Origin: an uncultured Bacteroidota bacterium
Lineage (GTDB): Bacteria > Bacteroidota > Bacteroidia > Bacteroidales > WCHB1-69
Direction of reading: 5' to 3'
NCBI GenBank assembly: GCA_902802755.1
Contig: CADCNH010000005.1
Coordinates: forward strand, 30,634 to 94,633
Length of the DNA: 64,000 nt
In this document: piece after piece, positions 17,685 through 25,984 of the stretch
Layout: every line of letters starts with the position of its first letter
Numbering within the stretch: position 1 is the first letter of the stretch
Made by a program: the position numbers and the translations under genes
Notes under the pieces: model-generated
Databases searched by the model: none
What the model was told of the DNA's origin: nothing
The model's input: only the letters and a program-made list of their open reading frames with translations

Positions 17685-20600
17685 ATGAAGAATACAATTA
17701 AAAGTTTATTTTTAGTAGCTCTCGTGCTTCTGTCTGCGATTGGAACCGTCCAGGCAGAAAGATGGATTGGAGATCCTAAAAAGAAGGCCCAAACCCAGGC
17801 TAAGGCCGGTTCCGCAAAATGTTTGTCGGCTACAAACTCCAATGAGTTGACTATTAACAATGTACGTGCTTACATCGAAACCAATGGTACGATGTGGAAT
17901 AAGGAGCTTGCAGAATACGAGGTTCCAAAGGGCTCTGGTAAAAGCTCTATGTTCGCTGCAGCTTTGTGGATTGGTGGTCTGGATGATAACAACCAGTTGA
18001 AATTGGCCGCTGTCCGTTTCCGTCAGGTTGGTGATGACTATTGGACTGGTCCTCTTTCTGTGGATGGTCTGGCCCAGATTGCCCAGGAGGATTGTGCTGC
18101 ATGGGACAAAATGTTCAAAATGACCCGCGCAGAAGTTGACGAACATATTAATGCTTACAATACGCATAATCATGTTGTGCCTAATCCTTCCCTGGCTATC
18201 AGAAACTGGCCTGCACATGGTGATTATGATAACAAAAAACAGTCATTCTATCTGGCCCCGTTCAAGGATGTGAATGGTAACTATGAATATGATCCTGAAA
18301 ATGGTGACTATCCGTATTATGATATTGACAATGAACTTTGCCCTTGGACTGAAGCTAACAAGTCAAGAGCTGCTCATGGTTTGTTGCCGATTCCTTACGA
18401 ACAGGAACGTGTTTCAGAGTTCCCGACATACGCTAACTCCATCGGTATTGATGGTATGGTTTATGCCGACCACGTGTTGAAAGGTGATGAAACCTTGTTC
18501 TGGATTTTCAATGATAAGGGTAATGCACATACCGAAACAGGTGGTGCCTCCATCGGTTTGGAAATCCGTGCACAGGCATTTGCCTTCCAAACAAATGATG
18601 ACTTGAACAACATGACTTTCTATTCATACGAAATCATCAACCGTTCTACGACTAACTTGAACCAGACTTTCTTCTCACAGTGGGTTGACCCCGATTTGGG
18701 TTATTCACATGATGACTATGTGGGTTGCGATGTTGCCCGTGGTTTGGGTTATTGCTATAATGGTCTGCCTATCGATGGTGCAGGTTTGGCTCAACACTAT
18801 GGTGCCAATCCTCCCGCTGTCGGTGTTGACTTCTTCCAAGGTCCTTATATCGATCCCGACTATATGGTGGATGATTCAACAGGTGAAACGGTTGGCCGTG
18901 ATAATCCTCATTTTGACATAAATCAGGCAGGTGTTATTGGTACAGTTGCCAATAAATTATATTGTGACCAGTTCCTGAAAAGCAACTATCCAAGTGACCA
19001 GTTCGCTATCAATGGTGTGAACTTCGGTGATAGTATTGCCAATAACGAACGTTTTGGTATGAGACGTTTCGTATTCCACAACAATGATGATAGTAACCGT
19101 GGTGACCCAAGAAAAGCTACTGAATACTATCAGATGTTGAAAGGTATCTGGAAAGATGGTCAGCGTATGACCTACGGTGCATTGGCTCACCCCGACTATG
19201 GTGGAGTTGTAGGTCCGGAATGCGACTTCATGTTCCCTGGTACAAGCGACCCATGTAACTGGGGTATTGAAGACCCTGTACAACGTGATGTATTCAACTA
19301 CCAAGACTATGGTGGAAGCCGTGGTTGGGTAGAGGAAACTGTGGCCAATGACCAGCCTTCAGACAGACGTTTCATGCAGTCTGCTGGTCCTTTCACCCTG
19401 CGCCGTGGTGCCGTTAACTACATTACCGTTGGTATTCCATGGGCCCGTTCTTATTCAGGTGGTCCTTGGCAATCAGTTGAATTGCTGAAAATTGCCGATG
19501 ATAAGTGCCAGGCTTTGTTCGAAAACTGCTTCAAAGTATTGGATGGCCCTGATGCTCCAGATGTGACTATTAAGGAATACGAAAATGAGCTGATTATTTA
19601 TTTGACCAATGATAGAGATGACTCTAATAACAAGGATGAACAATACGCTGAAGTAGATCCTCAGATTAATGAAGGTTATAATACCGACTCAACTTATACT
19701 CAGGTGTTTACTAATCCTGATGGTACTGTTGACTCTGTAACAGCTGTAACTTCTGTTTATAAGAGATATCCGGAAGGAAGCAACAAGTATGTGTTCGAAG
19801 GTTATCAGATTTATCAGGTATCAGGAAAAGATGTTAGCGTTTCTGATATCGGTAACTTGGACAGAGTACGTTTAATCGCTCAATGCGACGTTGTAAACTT
19901 CCGTCCAGATGGTACTGCAATCGGTCAGTTGATCAACTGGGAGTTCGACCAATCATTAAATACAAATGTAGCTGTCGAAAAAGTTAATGGTTCCAATAGC
20001 GGTATTCAACGTACCTTCAGAGTCACTGAAGATAAGTTTGCTACAGGAAACAGCACCCTGGTGAATCATAAGACCTATTACTTCATGGTCATTGCATACG
20101 CATATAACGAATATGCTCCGTTCTCAATTGATGAACAGGTTACCGATGGCTTGAAAGGTCAAAAGACCCCGTATTTGGCTGGTAGAAGAAATATTAAGAT
20201 TGTTTCTGGTATTCCTCATAGTCCTAAAGCTACAGGAGTTGATGTTAACCAGTTGTGTGCATACGGTACTCAGCCGCAGATTACGAGACTGGAAGGTCAA
20301 GGAAATGGTGGTTTCGTGCTTGAAATGGATGATGAGTCAAGAGCAAATATTTTGAAAGGTGGAGTTAATGGAGATTTCTCAGCCGGAAAGGTTACATATA
20401 AGAGCAACTATGGTCCTCTTGATGTAAGGGTAATTGACCCGCTGCAAGTTAAGCCTTTGACTTACGAAGTAAGATTCATCAAGAACGGTGACGAAGTGAA
20501 TGATGAAACTAAATGGACATTGAAAGTAACAGGCGTTGACGGTGTAAACTTCTCATCAGAAGAAGATTTGTTTGCTTACCTGAAAGATACATTCAATATT

Positions 20601-22730
20601 ACAAAACCTGTTGATACTTCTAATTTTAGCATCAATGTCAATACTGAACAGCTGTTTATGGAATTAGGTCTGTCAGTGGCTATCAACAATAAGCCATTTG
20701 AAATCCATGACGAAAGCCAGTTGCGTTGGTTGCAACAGGCTAATAATGGAACACTTTCTTCGGGTGCATTATTGATGGGTGGACAGGTGAGCTTCCTTCA
20801 GTCATCCTTGAACTTCGAAGATAAATCTACTCCATGGTTGTTCGGTCAGCAAGATATCGAAGGTGAATATCCGAGCAACTGGATCCGTTCAGGTAACCAG
20901 GGACTAGGTAACTGGGAGCAGTGGTCTTCACAAGATGGTGCTGAAGATGAATACATGAAATGGAGAGTTGAAGATGCTTGTGAGATTTATCCGCCCAATG
21001 GTGATGAGTCCCCATACAACACTCAATGTATGAGAGCTTTCAGAGATCCTATTTCACAATATGAATCTATTGTATATGGTACGTGGGCTCCTTACGTGAT
21101 TGCATCTCCTTATTCTGGAGGTCCTAAAGCTGGTTTTGTAGTTCCTGATACAGTTTTCTATGCTTCAGGTGCTGGTTTCCCCACCCCGCGTTACTATGAT
21201 TTCGCAGAGTTGTTGAAACAGAAAGAATATACCAATAACGATTTGTGGCCTCATTATGACGATGGTCGTTCTGCTACACAGCACGCTTCCGTCAACCATG
21301 CACAGTGGTCTATGGGTCACAACATGACAATGACTAACTTGTATTCAGTGGATGTTGTCTATACTTCCGACAAGAGCTTGTGGACACGTTGTCTCGTACT
21401 TGAAGCTGGTTCAACAGCAACTGGTTTTGTACCTACTGAATATGGTGATAATGTACGCCATGAACCTAAACACAATCCTTCTGTTGACAAGAATGGTAAC
21501 CCCGACAATTCAGGTACAACTGGTTTCGGCTGGTTCCCGGGTTATGCTATCAATGTTGAAACAGGTGAAAGACTGAATGTCATGTTTGCTGAAAATTCAT
21601 TGGATACTGTGAATAATGGTAATGATATGATTTTCAATCCTACCACTATGTATGCATATTTTACCGATCCTGAAACAGGCGAGATTCATGAACTCACAGA
21701 AAACGAGTATATGACCATGTGGAATAACTGGGCTATGTTAGACCATGGTGGAGTGGATGATGTACACGCACTTTGCGTAATGCCTGAACCCGCATTCGGT
21801 GGAAGACATTTTCTGTATATCTGCAGCAGCTCAGGTTCAACAGCTCCTATCCAATATGAGGACAGATTTGCAAAACGTAATTACAATGATGATGACCAAT
21901 TGCGTCAAGGTGCTGGTAATCTGAACTCCTCTGGTGCTCATACCTCTTATCAGCACGGTGGTCAGATACGTAATTATGTAAATGGCGATGCTCTCGTTGT
22001 GGGTCCCGATGGTCAGGGATACGACAACTATGAATGCGGTCCGTATGATGAAGGTGAATGGTTAGCTGCCAAGTTCTCATCCTTCACAAGCGATACCTCA
22101 TTGAACCGTCCACAGAGAAGAGCTGTGAAAATGCAGTTGTTCAACAATGTAATGTGGACTACCATTTCTATGCCTATGCCTGGATACGAAGATCAATGGC
22201 TCAAGTCTGGTAATGATGCAACTGTAAAGATCCGTGTATCCCGTCCATACATGAGATACAAATCACGTTGGTTCAGCGATGACCAGAGAATGGCTTACGA
22301 AGCAACTCATGGACCTATCGAAAATGAAGGTTTCCCGTTGTATAGCTTCTCTACTGTTGATTTGGCTCCTGTTATCAATGATTCGAAAGAATATCACGAT
22401 GAAATGTTGCAGGATATCAATATTGTGCCGAATCCATACTATGGCTTCTCCAAATATGAATCTACTGCACTTGAAACATACGTGAAGATTGTGAACTTAC
22501 CTGCTCCTTGTGAAGTGTCTATCTATTCAGCCAATGGTGTACTGATCCGTACGTTGAGTAAGAAAGCTTCAGATGAGGCAACAACCTACATTGATTGGGA
22601 TTTGAAGAACCACGCTGGAATTCCTGTGGCTGGTGGTATTTATATCATCCATGTCAAGGCTCCTAATGTTGGTGAAAGAACCCTGAAATTCTTCTGCGCT
22701 ATGCGTCCAACCGACTTAAATGCTTTCTAA
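17685..22730 (+). CDS. 1,681-aa secreted protein of unknown function with C-terminal T9SS/FlgD-Ig-like sorting-domain-like module
   Basis: SPI signal (TVQA/ER). No catalytic motif recognised. The last ~100 aa (IVPNPYY...VSIYSANGVLIRTL...WDLKNHAGIPVAGGIYIIHVKA) follow the type-A CTD / FlgD-Ig pattern. Confidence 0.7.
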   Translation: MKNTIKSLFLVALVLLSAIGTVQAERWIGDPKKKAQTQAKAGSAKCLSATNSNELTINNVRAYIETNGTMWNKELAEYEVPKGSGKSSMFAAALWIGGLDDNNQLKLAAVRFRQVGDDYWTGPLSVDGLAQIAQEDCAAWDKMFKMTRAEVDEHINAYNTHNHVVPNPSLAIRNWPAHGDYDNKKQSFYLAPFKDVNGNYEYDPENGDYPYYDIDNELCPWTEANKSRAAHGLLPIPYEQERVSEFPTYANSIGIDGMVYADHVLKGDETLFWIFNDKGNAHTETGGASIGLEIRAQAFAFQTNDDLNNMTFYSYEIINRSTTNLNQTFFSQWVDPDLGYSHDDYVGCDVARGLGYCYNGLPIDGAGLAQHYGANPPAVGVDFFQGPYIDPDYMVDDSTGETVGRDNPHFDINQAGVIGTVANKLYCDQFLKSNYPSDQFAINGVNFGDSIANNERFGMRRFVFHNNDDSNRGDPRKATEYYQMLKGIWKDGQRMTYGALAHPDYGGVVGPECDFMFPGTSDPCNWGIEDPVQRDVFNYQDYGGSRGWVEETVANDQPSDRRFMQSAGPFTLRRGAVNYITVGIPWARSYSGGPWQSVELLKIADDKCQALFENCFKVLDGPDAPDVTIKEYENELIIYLTNDRDDSNNKDEQYAEVDPQINEGYNTDSTYTQVFTNPDGTVDSVTAVTSVYKRYPEGSNKYVFEGYQIYQVSGKDVSVSDIGNLDRVRLIAQCDVVNFRPDGTAIGQLINWEFDQSLNTNVAVEKVNGSNSGIQRTFRVTEDKFATGNSTLVNHKTYYFMVIAYAYNEYAPFSIDEQVTDGLKGQKTPYLAGRRNIKIVSGIPHSPKATGVDVNQLCAYGTQPQITRLEGQGNGGFVLEMDDESRANILKGGVNGDFSAGKVTYKSNYGPLDVRVIDPLQVKPLTYEVRFIKNGDEVNDETKWTLKVTGVDGVNFSSEEDLFAYLKDTFNITKPVDTSNFSINVNTEQLFMELGLSVAINNKPFEIHDESQLRWLQQANNGTLSSGALLMGGQVSFLQSSLNFEDKSTPWLFGQQDIEGEYPSNWIRSGNQGLGNWEQWSSQDGAEDEYMKWRVEDACEIYPPNGDESPYNTQCMRAFRDPISQYESIVYGTWAPYVIASPYSGGPKAGFVVPDTVFYASGAGFPTPRYYDFAELLKQKEYTNNDLWPHYDDGRSATQHASVNHAQWSMGHNMTMTNLYSVDVVYTSDKSLWTRCLVLEAGSTATGFVPTEYGDNVRHEPKHNPSVDKNGNPDNSGTTGFGWFPGYAINVETGERLNVMFAENSLDTVNNGNDMIFNPTTMYAYFTDPETGEIHELTENEYMTMWNNWAMLDHGGVDDVHALCVMPEPAFGGRHFLYICSSSGSTAPIQYEDRFAKRNYNDDDQLRQGAGNLNSSGAHTSYQHGGQIRNYVNGDALVVGPDGQGYDNYECGPYDEGEWLAAKFSSFTSDTSLNRPQRRAVKMQLFNNVMWTTISMPMPGYEDQWLKSGNDATVKIRVSRPYMRYKSRWFSDDQRMAYEATHGPIENEGFPLYSFSTVDLAPVINDSKEYHDEMLQDINIVPNPYYGFSKYESTALETYVKIVNLPAPCEVSIYSANGVLIRTLSKKASDEATTYIDWDLKNHAGIPVAGGIYIIHVKAPNVGERTLKFFCAMRPTDLNAF

Positions 22731-22757
22731 AACGTATTTTGAGAATATTAAAAAATA

Positions 22758-23969
22758 ATGGCTATGAATAAAATATATAAAACATTTATCATTTGCGCAG
22801 TTGTGGGTCTTCTTTCGTATGCGGGACAATCTTTCGCAGGAAACAGAGACCGTTCAGGACAGGCTGGTGCAGCCAGCCTCCTCATCGACCCATGGGCAAG
22901 AACAAATGGTTGGGGTAATGCAGGTGTTGCGGAAATCCGTGGTATGGAGTCTGTATATTCCAATGTGGCTGGTCTGGCCTTCGTGAAAAAGACAGAACTG
23001 GGTTTCTCAAGAACCCAGTATCTGACTGGCTCAAATTGTGGTATCAACATTAATTCGGTCGCTATCGGTCAGTCCTTGGCTAAAAGAGATAAAGCTACTG
23101 GTCGTGTTATCAAAGATTTTGGTGTCATCGGCATCTCTGTATTCATGATGAATTTTGGTGATATTCCTATTACCACCGTTGATCAACCTGAAGGCAATAT
23201 GGGTTTTTTCTCTCCCAGATATTTCAATATCGGTATCCATTATGCTAAGTCTTTTAACCAGTACATCCATGGTGGTGTGAGCGTTAAGATTGTCAACGAG
23301 AGTGTTTCTGACTTGAATGCAACAGGTGTTGCTATCGATGCAGGTGTACAGTACCTGGCTGGTCCATACGAAAACTTCAAAATCGGTGTGGCCTTGAAAA
23401 ACATCGGTCTGCCTATTAGCTACAAGGGCGACGGTATCATGCAGAGAGCGGTCATTACTGGCTCAGAACATGAAATGACCCTTGAAACTCGTAGTGCTGA
23501 GTATGAAATGCCGGCATTGCTGACTCTCGGTGTATCTTACGACTTCCTTTTCTTTGGTGGTATCTATAAAGATATGGATAAAGATGAAAGAAAAGATGAA
23601 GGTCTTACCCGTGATGATGCAGACCATCGTTTGACGCTGGCAGGTTCTTTCACAGCAAACTCTTATTCACGCGATATCTTTACCCTCGGTCTTGAATATG
23701 GTTTCAAACAATATTTTATGATTCGTGTAGGATATGGTTTGGAAAGTTTCGGAGTTGAAAGAAATGATCCTGAAAAACCAAACAAAATCACTGCCATCAC
23801 TGGCGTTAACCCGGAATCTATTTACTCAGGTCTTTCCCTGGGTTGCTCTGTGGGTATTCCATTGGTGAAGAAAGATAAAGGCAATCAGAAACTTGTTCTG
23901 GATTATGCTTACAGATTCACCAATAAATGGAAAGGAAATCATTATGTAAGCTTGAAACTGGCTTTATAA
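22758..23969 (+). CDS. PorV/PorQ-family (FadL-like) outer-membrane barrel
   Basis: The N-terminal segment GQAGAASLLIDPWARTNGWGNAGVAEIRGMESVYSNVAGLAF matches the family pattern (G.sgA.fL.i...AR..gmG.A.va......s...N.AGLA). 403 aa. Confidence 0.65.
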   Translation: MAMNKIYKTFIICAVVGLLSYAGQSFAGNRDRSGQAGAASLLIDPWARTNGWGNAGVAEIRGMESVYSNVAGLAFVKKTELGFSRTQYLTGSNCGININSVAIGQSLAKRDKATGRVIKDFGVIGISVFMMNFGDIPITTVDQPEGNMGFFSPRYFNIGIHYAKSFNQYIHGGVSVKIVNESVSDLNATGVAIDAGVQYLAGPYENFKIGVALKNIGLPISYKGDGIMQRAVITGSEHEMTLETRSAEYEMPALLTLGVSYDFLFFGGIYKDMDKDERKDEGLTRDDADHRLTLAGSFTANSYSRDIFTLGLEYGFKQYFMIRVGYGLESFGVERNDPEKPNKITAITGVNPESIYSGLSLGCSVGIPLVKKDKGNQKLVLDYAYRFTNKWKGNHYVSLKLAL

Positions 23970-23997
23970 TCTTTTCTGAACATATTATCTAAAAACA

Positions 23998-24028
23998 AAA
24001 GGGGCTTTTCGCTAAGCCTCTTTTATTT
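23998..24028 (+). terminator. rho-independent terminator after the three-gene cluster
   Basis: AAAGGGGCTT-ttcg-... AAGCCTCTTT stem followed by a T-run. Confidence 0.65.
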
Positions 24029-24054
24029 ATATTAACGAACACAATAAATTTACT

Positions 24055-24528
24055 ATGGATACGATTAAATATTATTCTAAAGAAAGTTTGGAACAACTGA
24101 AAGAGGAACTCAAACATCTGGAAAGTGTGGAAAGACCTAAAATCTCCGCTGCCATCGCGGAAGCTCGTGATAAAGGTGACCTGTCGGAAAATGCCGAATA
24201 CGATGCGGCGAAGGAAGCACAGGGTATGCTGGAGCTGAAAATCGCTAAACTGAAAAATCTGGTGGCCAATGCCCGTATTTTGGATGAATCAAAAATCGAT
24301 GTGTCAAAAATTTTGATTTATTCAAAAGTTCAGGTAAAGAACTTGCAAAATAACGCGGTGATGTCATACACCCTGGTGCCAGAATCCGAGTCTGACCTGA
24401 AGGTAGGAAAAATTTCGGTTACCTCTCCTATCGCAAAAGCATTGATAGGTAAACAAAAAGGTGAAGTGGTGGAGGTAAAGGTGCCTGTTGGTATCATCAA
24501 ACTGGAAATTATGGACGTTACAAGATAA
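24055..24528 (+). CDS. greA: transcription elongation factor GreA
   Basis: N-terminal coiled coil with the DLSENAEYDAAKE acidic tip; 157 aa. Confidence 0.9.
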   Translation: MDTIKYYSKESLEQLKEELKHLESVERPKISAAIAEARDKGDLSENAEYDAAKEAQGMLELKIAKLKNLVANARILDESKIDVSKILIYSKVQVKNLQNNAVMSYTLVPESESDLKVGKISVTSPIAKALIGKQKGEVVEVKVPVGIIKLEIMDVTR

Positions 24529-24534
24529 TTGAAT

Positions 24535-24927
24535 ATGGAAACTATTTTCACAAGAATCATTAAGGGTGAAATTCCCTCATACAAAGTGGCGGAAAACGAC
24601 AAGTTTTACTCGTTTTTGGATATTAGCCCGTTGGCAAAAGGCCATACCTTGGTGGTCCCTAAGATTCAAAATGATTATATTTTTGATTTAGATGATACCA
24701 CCCTTGCTGAGATGGTGGTGTTTGCCAAGAAAGTCGCTCTGGCTATTGAAAAAGCTATCCCTTGCAAAAGAATTGGTGTGGCGGTAATAGGTCTGGATGT
24801 TCCACATACCCATATCCATCTTGTGCCAATTAATAATGTTGGTGACCTTGATTTCAAAAAGGAAAGAGTGAAATTGACAGAAGAGGAATTCAAGAGTACC
24901 GCCGCCGCAATCGCCGCAGAATTATAA
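24535..24927 (+). CDS. HIT (histidine triad) family protein
   Basis: HTHIHLVP histidine-triad motif. I prefer the ATG at 24535 over the listed TTG at 24529. Confidence 0.85.
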   Translation: METIFTRIIKGEIPSYKVAENDKFYSFLDISPLAKGHTLVVPKIQNDYIFDLDDTTLAEMVVFAKKVALAIEKAIPCKRIGVAVIGLDVPHTHIHLVPINNVGDLDFKKERVKLTEEEFKSTAAAIAAEL

Positions 24928-25034
24928 AACTAAGAATTAAGAACTAGGAATTTCCCTTCTATTAGAAAGGGGGGCGAAGGCCAGGGTAGTGATGTATGAA
25001 TCAGGCGTAGCCTTCAACTTATAATTCTTAGTTT
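24927..25034. repeat. 108-bp element: 13-bp terminal inverted repeats (AAACTAAGAATTA / TAATTCTTAGTTT) enclosing a GC-rich core
   Basis: Read directly. The core GGAATTTCCCTTCT...GGGGCGAAGGCCAGGGTAGTGAT resembles 52106-52272. TAAGAAY heptamers lie at the left end. Confidence 0.5.
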
Positions 25035-25056
25035 AAAATAAAAATCAATCAAAGTT

Positions 25057-25902
25057 ATGGCAACAATTGACGAATTAAAAGCTACCGCCGCCCAAGTGCG
25101 TCGTGACATTATCAGAATGGTTCATGGAGCAAAATCAGGTCATCCGGGAGGTTCCCTCGGCTGTGCTGATTTCTTGACCGCTCTGTATTTCGAACTGATG
25201 GAACTCGAACCGGATTCTTTCAGAACAGATGGTGTGGGACAGGATATGTTTTTCTTGTCTAATGGACATATCACCCCGGTTTTGTATAGTGTTATGGCCC
25301 GTCGTGGTTTCTTCCCGGTGAAAGAGTTGGCCACATTCCGTCAGCTGGGAACACGTTTGCAAGGACATCCTACTCCCGTGGAACAAATTCCCGGAGTGCG
25401 TATTGCATCAGGTTCACTCGGACAAGGACTCTCTGTGGCTATCGGTGCGGCGCTTGCCAAGAAAGCCAATGGCGACAAACATGTGGTGTATGCTTTGACG
25501 GGTGATGGCGAGTTGCAAGAAGGCCAAATCTGGGAAGCTGTTATGTTTGCTGGTGCCAAACACGTGGATAACTTGATTGCCACTGTTGACTTTAATGGCA
25601 AACAAATAGATGGTCCTACAGATGAAGTTTGTTCCCTGAAGGAAATTACGGCCAAATTTGAGGCATTTAACTGGCAAGTGGTGCAAATGGATGGCAATAA
25701 GATGGATGATGTCGTAGAGACGATGAAAAAGGCCAAAAACGCCCTGTTCCAGCAAAAGCCTGTCGTGGTCGTGATGAAAACGGAAATGGGTATGGGAGTG
25801 GATTTCATGATGGGAACCCACAAGTGGCATGGTACACCTCCTAATGATGAACAAGCCGCCGCTGCTCTATCACAATTGCCAGAAACCCTGGGAGATTTCT
25901 AA
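25057..25902 (+). CDS. transketolase, N-terminal (TPP/PP-domain) subunit of a split enzyme
   Basis: SGHPGGSLG, GDGELQEG and the overall 281-aa N-subunit architecture. No C-terminal subunit gene is adjacent. Confidence 0.85.
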   Translation: MATIDELKATAAQVRRDIIRMVHGAKSGHPGGSLGCADFLTALYFELMELEPDSFRTDGVGQDMFFLSNGHITPVLYSVMARRGFFPVKELATFRQLGTRLQGHPTPVEQIPGVRIASGSLGQGLSVAIGAALAKKANGDKHVVYALTGDGELQEGQIWEAVMFAGAKHVDNLIATVDFNGKQIDGPTDEVCSLKEITAKFEAFNWQVVQMDGNKMDDVVETMKKAKNALFQQKPVVVVMKTEMGMGVDFMMGTHKWHGTPPNDEQAAAALSQLPETLGDF

Positions 25903-25924
25903 AAATTAAGAACTAAAAACTAAG

Positions 25925-25978
25925 AACTAAGAATTGTGAAAACTATAGTATTTAATTTTTAACTCTTAATTCTTAGTT
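25925..25978. repeat. hairpin AACTAAGAATT-n32-AATTCTTAGTT preceded by TAAGAAC/TAAAAAC heptamers
   Basis: The 11-bp perfect arms carry the same word as the 24927/25034 element. Confidence 0.5.
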
Positions 25979-25984
25979 TGAATC

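Noticed and set aside
17685-23969. Interpreting the 1,681-aa + 403-aa pair as the canonical PorU-PorV pair
   Set aside because: I could not find gingipain/C25-type His/Cys catalytic motifs in the large protein. It is also about 400 aa longer than typical PorU. The 403-aa protein fits the general PorV/PorQ family pattern (…NVAGLAF) better than the PorV-specific N-terminus (…TAVPFL…NPAK). It is therefore called a paralog only.
25903-25984. Possible CRISPR-like or minisatellite array (TAAGAAC heptamers; also the tandem repeats at 1938-1965 and 52106-52175)
   Set aside because: The units are 7-41 nt with at most 2-4 copies. There are no unique spacers of regular length and no cas genes in the window.
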